Positions 13,259 to 25,084 are shown, numbered from the stretch's first letter. The stretch: DNA of 64,000 nucleotides from Octopus sinensis (GCF_006345805.1 NC_042997.1:39370001-39434000), one strand, 5' to 3'. Program-made: numbers and translations. Notes: a model not told the origin generated them from the letters alone.

Positions 13259-14130
13259 CTAGCGGAGGAAAAAAAAAAAAATTAATAAACAATCAATATA
13301 AAGCACCAACAAAGCCAGAGTCACTCGAGACTCAGCAACACATTTAAATATTGACTCATTTCAATATACAATAGCTATGAACAAAGACTATACAAAAGAA
13401 TTCTTGGAAGAAAATCTAATATTCTATCCATGAAGTCATAAATATGAGTGAAGACGAAGTTGCTTAAATGGCAGTGATAACAATGTAGTAAAGGAAAAAA
13501 AAACTGAAGGAAATGAGATATTGTCAGGGGGAGAGGCAGTGGTGGTGTGTGTGGCAAATTTTTTTTGCATATCCATAATCCCTGACATATCAAATGTAGG
13601 AATCTTAAAAAAAAAAAAAAGAATTATTCAAGGAGAGGTATGAAACTGCATTAGCCTCAATGTGTAAATTAAATATACACCACTTTAGGAGAAACAAACG
13701 TTTAATAATGTTATAAAGTTTAAAAAAGGGACTCAAATGTACCCCACCTCCAAATTTTAAACTTTTTCAATCCATTTATCCCTATCCATTTATTCATAAG
13801 ATTTATTTGTCAACTAAATGTGGCGGTCCTATAGAAGACAGCGTTGCTTTTAGCCCTAGGAAGATATATCTATCTCTTTATACACCTATCTATATGCTTA
13901 TTGAATTTAAAAGCTTCAGAACGTGGTTTCTTGCATATCTGGAATCTGTCATCTAAAACAAAAATAAATTATAAAAAAGTTCTAAATTTAAAATGGGAGG
14001 GGGAGAATGACCGTCAACTTTTTGCATATTTGTAGTCTGACATCTAAAATGCAAGAATCTGAAGAAAACAAAAACATTAGCCCCACAAATTCATTGCTTT
14101 TGTCATTTTAAAACTTCAGAGTAATAATGA

Positions 14131-14603
14131 AGTGCTTAACTTTCCATGCTAGCATGGGTCGGACGATCTGACTGAGGACTGGCAAACCAAATGGCCGCAC
14201 CAGGCTCCAATCTGATCTGGTTGAGTTTCTACAGCCAGATGCCCTTCCTAACGCCAACCACTCTGAGAGCGTAGTGGGTACTTTTACGTGCCACTGGCAC
14301 GAGGGCAAGCCAGGTTGTATGGGCAACAGCCACACTTAAATGGTGTTTTTCGCATGCCACCAGCACAAGTGCAAGTAAGGCGACGCTGGTAATGGTCATG
14401 CCAGGATGGGGCACTTAGCGCCCCACTAGCATGGATGCCAACCATCGAATTTTGATTTCAATTTCACCTGCCTCAACAGGTCTTCGCAAGCAGAGTTTAG
14501 TATCCAATGAAGGAAAGGTACGCATAACTGGGCTGGTTACACCCTTGACATAGGCCACGGTCTCACTTGGCTTGCCAAGTCTTCTCAAGCACAGCATATT
14601 TAA
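14131..14603 (-). mobile_element. Family C element, older near-full-length copy inside RPL10A intron 4 (sense to the gene)
   Basis: Contains the body motif aagggcatctggctgtagaaac, degenerate units, and a 5' leader homologous to 35870-36120. Confidence 0.75.
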
Positions 14604-14647
14604 CTGATACAATTAATAAATTGTTACATAAAGAAACACAAACTCAC

Positions 14648-14820
14648 CTTCCTCATTTGGAATTTAATAGTAGCTTTGCAATCCTCAACTTTGGACATTA
14701 TAGACTCTCCATGGGAGATTGGTGTCGGGAATTTACCAGCTTTGTTCAAACCAGGACCAAGAATTCTTGGAATTTGTTTGATGAGCGAGTCGGAAGCAAG
14801 GAAAGCATCATATTTTTTAG
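14648..14820 (-). CDS. RPL10A: RPL10A exon 4 (173 nt)
   Basis: Acceptor tttttcag|CT, donor AAG|gtgagt. Reads [58 protein letters not shown]. Confidence 0.97.
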
Positions 14821-14996
14821 CTGAAAAATGAAAAGACAAAAATTTCAGACATTCACAGCCAATCCATTTTGCAATCAAAACCTATAAACATACCCTTGCA
14901 ATATTGACACAACATCCAAAATAAAGAACACAACTGATATACAGCCATAACCATCTAACAAGAAAAACTTACAGGCCCTTATGCCAACTGCTACAA

Positions 14997-15049
14997 TTCA
15001 AATGGTTACTTCACAATGCAATTCCAAGAGGTTTAAGTTCCCATTCAAA
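14997..15049 (-). promoter_or_regulatory. Candidate L10ARE: 28S rRNA L1-stalk mimic in RPL10A intron 3
   Basis: Sense RNA UUUGAAUGG-GAAC...UUGUGAAGUAA-CCAUUUGAA has a 9-bp closing stem (2 G-U) and GGGAA / GUGAAGUA loops, paralleling 28S AGUGG-GAG...GUGAAAUA-CCACU. It lies upstream of an alternative donor GTAAGT at 14972. Confidence 0.65.
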
Positions 15050-15228
15050 GGATGCTAACAATACAGATAGTGTTTTGTAGCGGTGAATAACAATATTTAC
15101 TAAGATGCATACCCTCAATGAGACCCCACCAGTCTGGTTAAGAATCCCAATAGTTGAGAGAATCAAGCCTCCAATCCAATAGATCTAGGCTGGATCAGTC
15201 ACCCTACACTACAAGCAATAAGACTCAC

Positions 15229-15377
15229 CCAATTTTTTAACAAGTTTCTTATTCTTGTTCAGCTTCTTCAAAGCGTCGGCATCCATACATTCAACGCTGT
15301 TTGCCTTAGCCTCATCAATATGCTGCTGATCACCCAAAAGGCAGACCTTCAACTTGGGACGTGGGATATACTTCAAC
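15229..15377 (-). CDS. RPL10A: RPL10A exon 3 (149 nt)
   Basis: Acceptor tttcctttttcag|G, donor TTGG|gtgagt. Reads [49 protein letters not shown]. Confidence 0.97.
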
Positions 15378-16863
15378 CTGAAAAAGGAAAGTTATAGCGT
15401 AAGTAAAACATACCAGATCGACCGATCACCTTGCATGACCCTCCATATCGAACTCCTATTGGCCCCTTAGTGCACCAGACCACATATGTTTGAAAACCAC
15501 CGCATCTTGTTTGCCAGGTGCGACATCACTTCTGACAAACTATTTCACTTTTCCTTAAACACCGACGTCCTTTGACACTCACTATACTTTACTCGAGGTG
15601 TTTAAAGGATTAGATACAGAAACCCTTTTTCACCATCGGCTATTTCTTTCCAACATATAGACCATATCTAGTTTTAGGCTCGTTAATTTTCTAATCCCCA
15701 GCGAATATGGAAACACCATGTCCCTCAACCATCACCGATTTAACCGCGGTTAAATGGCGTATTAAACCCGAAAGGCGTGGATACGATCCATGTCCTTTAC
15801 CTCGCCCCAAAACCAAAACTAGACGGCAATTTTCATAAGAGAAAAAAACCTACACGTGTCAAATATTGGATTAATCAAGTCATCAACTTTTAAAGAATTT
15901 TCGTATTCCGGCAATGCCTAAAAAACGCACGTCAGTTGTGATATCTCATGTCGGATTAAAAAAAAAAGTCCAACAAACGAAACTCATGGAAGTTTGAAAT
16001 ATAAAGACTAGCGGAAAAATTGAATTCTCTAAACTAACTAATCAAACAATATTTGTGGACTATAATTACATGATTTTTCGCACCAGATGCAGGAAAGTAA
16101 GTTTTTCACCTACATTCCTCTTAAAGTATTTCGTCCATGCCAACACGTGGCATCCCAGATGGCAACTAGCTCTTCTCGAACGGCAAACAAGTCCCTAACA
16201 CGACGAAAACTTCTGGTAATTAAGGTCCCTTAATAGCATAGCATCATCATCCAGTGCAACGTAATGAGGTAATGCCACGCACCCGAACAGGTGCACTCTG
16301 AGCCCTCCGCTAACTTAATTGTTCTCTCTCATCTCACAGACAAGTAAAGTCTCATCTAAAAACGGTGTACTATAGGGATGGATATACATCATAGAAAGCA
16401 TATAACAGAAATACCAGCAAGATCAGAGACGGACTCATTTTATGCCAGCATTAAAACAAAAATAATGTACATGGAAACAATTAAGGCTAGATAATTCGTC
16501 TACTCACCACAAGTACAAGTTCTGCTATACAGAGCGGTGCTATTTCTTTTAGAAAAAAAGAATAGGACCTCCCCATTTAAATTTAAGACCCTGGGTAAAG
16601 GTCCGTAAGGTTTAGAAAAACCCAACTACCTAATAAGTGACTTATAGGAGGCGATCTAACGACTTTCTTTAAAGAAGAAATTGACATAGTGGGTGGTGGG
16701 CAAATGAGGGATTTTGCTAGCCTATACATTTGATCATACACATCACATATATAGGTTAGCAATGTTTCTATGATATCAAATAGGATAATTTAACTGTCGT
16801 ATTGCTCTGCCTCCTAGGAGTCTCTTTTATAGGTCGAATAAATAAAAAGATTGCCGTCCGTAC

Positions 16864-17019
16864 TTTACTGTACCAGAAAACCTCTTATCTTTTTGAGGGT
16901 CGTAATTCTTGAGGGCGATTTGTAGATCTACGGATTCGGTAAACCGCCTCTTCTTTCTCTTGGAGAAGGCGAGCATCGCCGCAATTGCTTCCTGCAAAGT
17001 ATCCTTCGTAATTTTACTA
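16864..17019 (-). CDS. RPL10A: RPL10A exon 2 (156 nt)
   Basis: Acceptor ttttgttttgcag|T, donor GTAAA|gtacgg. Reads [52 protein letters not shown]. Confidence 0.97.
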
Positions 17020-17291
17020 CTGCAAAACAAAATAAAAATATATACGTTCAAGTGTTGTAATCTGCATCATTAATTCTATGTAATTATGAACACAAAAACT
17101 ACGACAAATCGAGACGAGGGATGAATCATGTTCAAACTAAATTATGAAATACAGAAAATCGATTTTTACAATAAATATATAGATATCTATATTAAGAAAA
17201 GATATATCAAGACTAAGCAATGACAATTATGAAAAAATTAAGTATTTTTTAAACAAGATGCATGAAATTGAGAGAAGCAATAAATTTACGA

Positions 17292-17400
17292 ACCTCATGG
17301 CGAGAAGATGTAGTATCGGAAAGACTGAATTATTGTAAGACCGGCGCAATGATGACTTCCTGTATTTTCGACAAAACTCGGTAAATTCCGGAAGCCGAGA
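17292..17400 (-). promoter_or_regulatory. RPL10A core promoter: TCT/5'TOP initiator, YY1-like GCCAT, ETS-like GGAA sites
   Basis: TCTTTCC at 17324-17318 fits YC+1TYTYY, giving a TSS near 17323. GCCAT overlaps the ATG. acttcc (~17355) and ccggaag (17388-17394) lie upstream. Confidence 0.7.
17294..17298 (-). CDS. RPL10A: RPL10A exon 1 coding part (ATGAG). Total CDS 5+156+149+173+171 = 654 nt = 217 aa + stop
   Basis: tctcgccATGAG|gttcgt. The phase joins exon 2 to give MSSK, and the length equals canonical L10a. Confidence 0.9.
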
Positions 17401-18472
17401 ATTATTTAATTCTCTAGAAATTTCTCATTTTGTTTACTTCATTCAATCTCGCATTAATTGGCCTGTTTTGCAATTAGCTTCCTGATTATAGTTATAGAGG
17501 AATTTCTAATGGGTGTTTGTTATATATGTATTTATATATATACTTATAACAAAGGCGTGATGTAATTTCAAGAAAGTATGTTTTTATATTTCGAGAAAAT
17601 TTAAGTAATTTATGCAATTTAAAAAATAAATTCTGATATATATATATATAATTTATAACTTATTGATAACGAGTTACAAGTAAATAAAATATACAGGACT
17701 TTAGTTTAATTTTTCTTTATTTTGTATTGTTTAAATTAAGGAAATTGTTTCTGAACTTTGTATACGTAGTTACGTCCCTTTACCTTCTGAGTTCGAATCC
17801 CGCTGAAGTAAGACTTCACTTCACGCTTTACAGGGACCAGTGTTGAGGCGATTAATTCCGAACCCCACTAAAAATTCGGGTTTTGTGCCAGTGCTAAAAC
17901 TTATTTGCGTGATCGAGTGGCAGACAGTATTAGTAGAGCACCGGACGGACAAAATGATTTGCGGTATTTAATTATGTGACCTCTCGTTTTAAAAATCCCC
18001 CAAAACTCTGCCCCGGGGTCAAGTTTTCATTATCGTATCTAAGCAATCGATTTGAAATTCTATTAGTCCGGTACTTGGATCGGTAAAAACTGACTGCCCT
18101 CGCACTCAAATATATAACCTTGTCTCTAAAACTGTACACTAATTTGTCATTATTGAATGTATGAGCACAAAACAGCAACTCATATTTAATAATCTAAAAT
18201 TTTACATAAACGTAAACCACATGTCATTTTCATTAATTATACAAATCGAATTTTTCTGCAAATAATCAGTTTTTGTTTTACGGAATTAAATTATTGCGTG
18301 AAGAATTTTGAAAATAATTTTTTCTCGATTCATTTTTTTCCAAATTAATTTTTAATTCATTTTTATCGCGAAAAAGAAAAATTTAGGGTTTTATTAAATT
18401 ATTTAGCAAAAGGTCGCAGATATATGTAAAACATCCTCAAATGTCACTTCCGTATGTGTAATTGCGTGTATA

Positions 18473-18593
18473 TATACACAAGTGTGTGTGTGTATACTTA
18501 AGTGTGTGTGTGTATACTTAAGTGTGTGTGTGTATACACAAGTGTGTGTGTGTATACACAAGTGTGTGTGTGTGTATACATAAGTGTGTGTAT
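18473..18593. repeat. ~20-bp minisatellite (tatacacaagtgtgtgtgtg) x6
   Basis: Directly visible tandem units with cacaag/cttaag/cataag variants. Confidence 0.9.
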
Positions 18594-20054
18594 CCACCAC
18601 GAGATCTCGCAATTTACCGTTCACTGCATTAGCAGTAGAGTTGATCAGGGACTAAAATACTACTAAAATACCATGATACCTCTGCGAATTTGTCTTCAAA
18701 CCTGTTTATTCGGGGTCGTTAATTTCCCCCTTACGTCCAAAATCTGTAAAATTGATCGAAGGTAGGAAACACAGAATCTACAACAGCTGACATTTTCGGC
18801 TGCATCTTAGTTCCAAACCATGCTTCTTCTATTTGGTAAATTGTTAACCAGCGACTTTGTTGTTATTGCTGCTGCTGCCCGTCGTTGTTCGTCCCTTCAG
18901 CTCTTGCCCTCTTCTCAGCCACGGCTTCTGGCTTCTCTTTCTTCCAGTCTCCAACACTCATTTCCTTCAATAACACCTCCCCAATATAAAACAAACTCTT
19001 TCTTTCATATTTCTTTGTCTTCGTGTGGTCACACAAACAACAATTCGGTCGTATTACGTCTCTCAGACTAGTTTCCTATGCTTTCATCTTAACGTTTCTT
19101 ACTAATAATTTAGGTCCCTCCCACGACTCTTACATGATGTTCCTTCGTAAATGTTGGCCAAAGCATTCAGAAAATACATTACCCACTAATCAAAACAAAC
19201 CATTGCCCAAAACTGATACCCCTTGTGTAAAATTCAATTTATATATTCCTTAATTGTTGTTGATTCTTCTGCCTTTATCCTTACTAATCCTGACTATATT
19301 ATTTATTCCATGTTGTCCTATAATTCTACGAAAAGCGCTTTCATCCTTCACTAAATAAACTTTGAATTCTGTTCGACAGAAAAGAAAAAGAAAATTAAAA
19401 CGTAATTTGGAGCCTTTTCACTTTCTATAACCCCTAAGTATTTTAGTTTTCATTATATCCCGAATTATTAAATTAATAATCATTCTACAGTCTTATCCCC
19501 AGCTATTTCCCCCTTTGCAATTTATCCCCAAAATTACGTTTTTGTCCATTCTGTTTCTATCGATTTTCCAGTTTTTACCCTCATCTTTATCGTTTCTGTT
19601 ATATTTACTGTTTCTTCCTAATTCTCCATGAATATTTTAGTAGATTGTACCATTCTTGGTAAACTTATCCTGGGTTTGGTAGTTTGAGTGTAATAATAAT
19701 AATATGTGTAATAACGTCACTTGTAGCTTAGCCACTGGTTTAATAATAATAATGATGCCCAACATGTAATTAGGAAAATTAAGATAGGGGAAAAAAAAAA
19801 TTGCTATTGTTGTCAAAATTTCTTCTTTTATAATTCTTAGAGACATGGAAAGATCTATTTTCATCAACTGCATACATTCTGTAAATTGTTTTACCAAAAT
19901 ATAACTATATTAAAAAGAAAGTGAAACAGTATTGTGTAAAAGCATCAAACTTAAATTAACACTCATCAGAAAGCAATTACATTCGATAAGCAGCCACCCG
20001 ATTACACAGTGGTTTTACAAGTCCAATTAAACGGGGACCTGGTACTAAACAACT

Positions 20055-20093
20055 ATGGTGACTGGAGACAACAGGCAGCTCCTTCCAGCTGAC
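20055..20093 (+). CDS. USP47: USP47-like ubiquitin-specific protease, first coding exon (MVTGDNRQLLPAD)
   Basis: 13 codons followed by a strong donor GAC|gtgagt in phase 0. Resembles the vertebrate USP47 N-terminus MVPGEENQLVPKE (recalled) and joins in frame to the 59939 exon. Confidence 0.75.
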
Positions 20094-20738
20094 GTGAGTT
20101 GATTTTTTTCTGTTTTGTTTTCATTCTTTACTCTTTCTACTTAATTCTTTTATTTTTTCCCCCTATTAATTGTCAATATGGCGATATCTTATTTGACATT
20201 CTTCAGAACTGTCTAATTCTATATGAAATTATTGTTTTTTTAATGAATTGGAAATTACACCCATTATGCAAGAAATGTGTAAATATGAAACAGACATTCA
20301 CGTGCATGTGCGTGTAAAGTTGTAGGTTTTCTTGTGTTTTTGCTCTGAGCTCTTATTAATCTACGTATCAAGATGAAATGTCAATAATCCAAGTTGTGTT
20401 TATTTATTCATTACTTCAACTGACAGTGGCATTGCATTTTATCCAGGCCGCAACCATTCTTCTTTTTATTTCATCTACATCTTACCTATATTAAACTTAG
20501 TGTTTTCTTAAAAAAAAAACACAAAACCAGCCCCCTTATTCTCAATACATTGTTGACAGTTCTCTTTCCATTCACATGTGGTCATATAGTTTACGACATT
20601 TTAAATTCTTTAAGCTCATACTCAGATCCTAATTGTTACTACACTGTATCTGTTGACCTATTAGTTTTCTCATATTACACTTGCTCTTATTGCAAAGTTA
20701 ATACTAACATGGCTGTGACTAGATTTCATTATATACAC

Positions 20739-20769
<31 letters not shown>

Positions 20770-20939
20770 TTATGGTAAAAATAATTTTACCTTTGCCCAT
20801 GTAATACAGTAAATGAATTAATTGCATCGCAGTTCTTAACATTTTATGTATTAACTTTGTTGGGTACTTCACTAGAAGTATATTGGATATATGTTATCCC
20901 ATGGAGGGTTGAATTTGCAACCCCTATCTCAATTTGTAT

Positions 20940-20971
<32 letters not shown>

Positions 20972-21750
20972 CACACATTTTTGTGTATATATGTATTAGT
21001 TTCAGTTCCTGTATTCTTTGTCCACCCCTCTTTTATATCGCAAACCTTTACGTCAATATCTGCGAAAATTTTATGATGATCATCTTTATTGCCATAAATG
21101 GATGCATTCGTTTTAGTAATTTTTTAAAAACTGTATAAATACATTCATTTTGGTTCGTATCTTTGGTTAAGCGCCTGGTAGAATAAAAAAAAAACGCCTA
21201 TATTATTCGATATTATTCATTTGTAATAATACTTTCATTTCAGTGGTAATATAGTTCCTGTTTTTTTTTTATATATATTTCATTTTCATTTCATTTAGTT
21301 ATCTAAGGCTTCTCTTTAGGCCAGAACAAGCAGTATATTTTTGTTGGTTGATGATATTTTAGTCAGCCGACTTTATGGCTATTTCTGTTTTTAGAGAAAG
21401 TTCTAAAACCTACCAATTCAGCTTGATATGATGCAATGCGTATTTGGAGAGGAGTTGGCTAAGTCTGCAAATACGTAAAAAAAAATCACGTCTTGGTTCA
21501 GGAGTTTCGTGGTCTCCTAGCAACAACACAAAGTACTCTTTTTTTATACTTCTTACTAAAGTGAACTCGTACACAATTATTGTGCCTCTGCACAGATTTA
21601 TTTTCATCATTTTATGCTATTTAAATTTTTAGATAATTAAAATTTTTTTAGGTATTTCATTTATTCTGTTGGAATGTAGACTTGGTTTATTAATCTAGTA
21701 TAACGTCTGGAGAGGATAAAATTATTTTTAGCATGAACTGGATTATGATA

Positions 21751-21912
21751 TTTTGTTGTGTCTGGGAAGAGTCATACTGTCTTAATACAGTATTAACACA
21801 CCGGTTCGATTTCCATTCAATGAAAACATCCATTGACAAGGATATAGATAATGAGTGGAAATCGAACCAGCGGGTGTGTTAAGGCATTATGTCATTCCCC
21901 AGACACAACAAA
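21751..21912. mobile_element. MITE, same family as 23604 (internally deleted)
   Basis: TIR ttttgttgtgtctggg ... cccagacacaacaaaa. Confidence 0.7.
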
Positions 21913-22373
21913 ATTTGCTTCAACACAGGAATTCGCATAAAGAACTTGCAAACCAGATACGAAAACGAAGTGGATTATGATATTTTCATTATCAAATGAA
22001 AACTTTATACTGTTTTACTGAACTGCCATATATCTACAATAATAACTATAATATATTCGTGAAAAATTAACATGAAACAGTAAAAATAATCTAAATAGCA
22101 AATTGTTTTAAAATTTAGTCAGCAAATTTTGGTTTTGAGTTAAGATCTCAGATTCTAGCTTTCAAATTTAAATTCAAGCTCTATAAGTTGATTGTCCAGT
22201 ATTCAACCCAGTTGATCAGGTTAATCTGGTCCACACTCAGCAATTCATATGAAATATTAGACTATGTATTGGTTGTTCTTTATAATGTGAACTGTTATTA
22301 TAGAGAATGTAATGTATATTTTACAACAAAGATATTACTCTTTATTTCTAATGGGATAAGAAACAACTAATGT

Positions 22374-22588
22374 TTAACCCTTTCGTGACCATATTTCTGT
22401 TGAGATGCTCTGTGTTTCTTTCAATTAATTTTAAACATAACAAAGAATTTAGCAAAATAATTTTGTTATCATTAAGCTAGTGTTCGAAACATAAATTGTG
22501 ATTAAGGTTTGGTGGAAGATTTTAATTCAGAACATTTGTACTACAGATCCAGGAGTGGTTTCAGGTGGGCTGATATTAAAAGGTTTAA
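22374..22588. mobile_element. TTAA-flanked piggyBac-like MITE (family F)
   Basis: Homologous to 10182-10381, with TTAA at both ends. Confidence 0.7.
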
Positions 22589-23603
22589 ATCTGTCCACTT
22601 CTTTTAACTAGAGGATAACCATTGTCTTAGTTTTCAAGTGATACCAAGTTATATGGTCTTGAGTTTTGAATCTGATTATTTTAAATCTCAGCGAGGTGTA
22701 TATGTAAAATATATCCAAGCAAGCATAATCCGATGATAATTATGATATATGTTATAAAAAAAACTATGCTTAGTATCATATTGCTTCTTTTAATTTCAAA
22801 TATTTGTGCTTTATCATGCGAAATGTCTAATTCTTTTTTTGTATGATGTAGGTCCTTTCTGTGCAGATGCCTTTGTTCTTATTTCAGAATCAATTTCTGA
22901 GGTGCAGGACAATCTTTTTTGTCCAGTAGCTTGAAGAAAACAGATGTTTGATATCTTGAAAGGGAATAGGTCAGCAATTGATATATGTACAAGCTCTATT
23001 ACAATCAATAAATGTGAAAGAGTTGTAGTGGAATTTCAGGTAGACTCAGTAAATTGACATTTAAGTACACCAAATGCCTTGATGCAGTTAGTAGTATTAA
23101 CTATCCGTGTACTGAAAACCATTGGCTATTATAATGGGTCAAGTCTGTGAACTAGGTGATATAATACAACATGAGAAAATAATAACTGGATGAATTTTCA
23201 AGATCTGTTTCTTCAAATTCCAAGTAATTGGATCCAACCTGAGAGAATTTTTACAGTTGGATTTGATAATAACAACTAAAGAGATACTAATTATCTCTTC
23301 TAAACCATGAAAAATTATACAAACTTAATTATAAGTCTTGCTTAAAGAAGAAATATTACATAATCAATATACTTAGTCTTATAATTTCCTAATTATACTA
23401 ATTATTTTTGACTGAATAAATTAATAGCCTTCTTGACTTATGTATTATTAGATTTTGGGATTGAAATATCTTCTCACACTCATTCATTCATGGAAGGAAA
23501 GTTTCCTTTTCAACTAAGTTCAGTATTTATGTTGAAGTAATGATATATTTCGTTTTTGGATTTGGTTTGCAAGATTCTTTATATGAGTTCATGTGTTGAA
23601 GCA

Positions 23604-23880
23604 TATTCTGTTGTGTCTGGGGAGAGTCATTTTCTTTTTGTGCCTTATAATTTAAGACACTCACCGGTAAAATTTCCACTTATTTCTTACTTTTATTTTC
23701 CTAAAATGTTTGTTGCGTCTTGCAACCTTTTCATTAGTCTTGAGAGTCAAGTCTATTGAAAAGGTTGCAAGACGCAATGAAAATTTTAAGAAAATAAGGA
23801 ATAAGTGGAAATTTTGCCGGTGAGTATGTTAAATTATAAGGCACAAAAAGAAAATGACTCTCCCCAGACACAACAGAATA
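23604..23880. mobile_element. Fold-back MITE, 277-bp near-perfect palindrome
   Basis: Arm tattctgttgtgtctggggagagtcattttctttttgtgccttataatttaa.. is the reverse complement of the right arm. Pairing continues to ttgcgtcttgcaaccttttca / tgaaaaggttgcaagacgcaa with a short loop. Confidence 0.9.
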
Positions 23881-24179
23881 ATGGTATATTTTTCCAGACT
23901 AAAAAGTTTCTAACATATAATAAAATCCTCTCCATCATTGCAATTTCACCAAACTATCAGTTAGTGTTAATAGATGTGTATTTTCAGAACTGAAGTGATG
24001 TACAAGTTTTTTTTGTATTTCTAGCTTTAATTGAATATGAAGAGCATTTATCAAAATGTATCCCATTGTACCAGAAGCTTAATTCCATGCTTATACCATT
24101 TGGTTGGCTTAGAGGCAAAAAACATTTCCTGCACACATTTTCAACCACATCCACATTGTTGAACTTCTGTCCATGCAAG

Positions 24180-25084
24180 AAATGAGCTCAGAAAAGGTGG
24201 AAATCTAATGCTGCAAAGTCTAGACTGTATGTAGGGTGAGGCAACACTCCTAACCTATCAATTTCCTCGAGTTTGAGCTTGGTCACATTGGCAGTGTGTG
24301 CTGGAGTATAGTCATGCATGTCTTCAACTGACCAATGGTGAGTAGCAAGCTTACACTCTCTTGGAATTCCACCAAACACACAATATGATCTCCTGTTCAA
24401 ACTGATCTTGTTTGACAAGTTCTGAAGTCTGGCTGGAATGAAACCATTGATTTTTCATCCTCAGTTACAATTTGATGCCAAAAATGGGCCTCTCTAGGAT
24501 TTGCCAGCATTTGTTTGAAATTGTTCACGCATTGTTGAGTCTGGTCATAGGTCAGTTGGTGAGGAGCTTCTCGACAGCATCTGTTCAAAAGGCCTCATGG
24601 AGGTGTCGATTGATGGTGTTTTGTGAAGGGCCAAGTTCTGCCAACAATGTATGAATGCTTGTGCTTGGCTGATGTTTAGCCATTTCAAGCAAGGTCTCAT
24701 CATCCTCAGAAGGTTTCTCTGACCTTGACTTGTCTTTGAAGTTGTGGTCACTGTCTTTGAAATGTCTGAACTAGTTTTGTGCCACACATTCATTGACTGT
24801 TCCTTGGCCTTCCGCATAATTAATTTCTGTTTGCCAATGACCTCGCACTAATTCCTTTTTTCCATAGGTAGTGTAAAATGGCACTTATTGCAATTTTTTC
24901 ACCACTCATTATCAAAGATGTAAATTAATGAAGAAACAATTAATGTTTGTTATATATGAAAATAAAGAACAAATAATTCAGCATCAATTTGATAACCAGT
25001 ATCAAATTAATGATATAACATGGTGATACAATTTGCCAAAAATCATCAGTGAAAAACCTTAAAAACTTTTGACTCAACCTGGTA
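24180..25084 (-). pseudogene. Mariner transposase relic with one TIR
   Basis: Frameshifted motifs EAPHQLT (WVPHEL), QIVTEDEK (IVTGDEKW), LPHPTYSLDFAALDFHLF (HPPYSPDLAPSDYHLF). Terminus TA-ccaggttgagtcaaaagt at 25084. Confidence 0.85.

Noticed and set aside
13816-13950. H/ACA snoRNA candidate in RPL10A intron 4 ending gccACAuuu
   Set aside because: A 3' hairpin is plausible, but I found no ANANNA H box at the hinge and no convincing 5' hairpin.
15880-16250. C/D snoRNA candidates (UGAUGA at ~16249 and ~15884 on the minus strand)
   Set aside because: No CUGA D box within a normal distance downstream.
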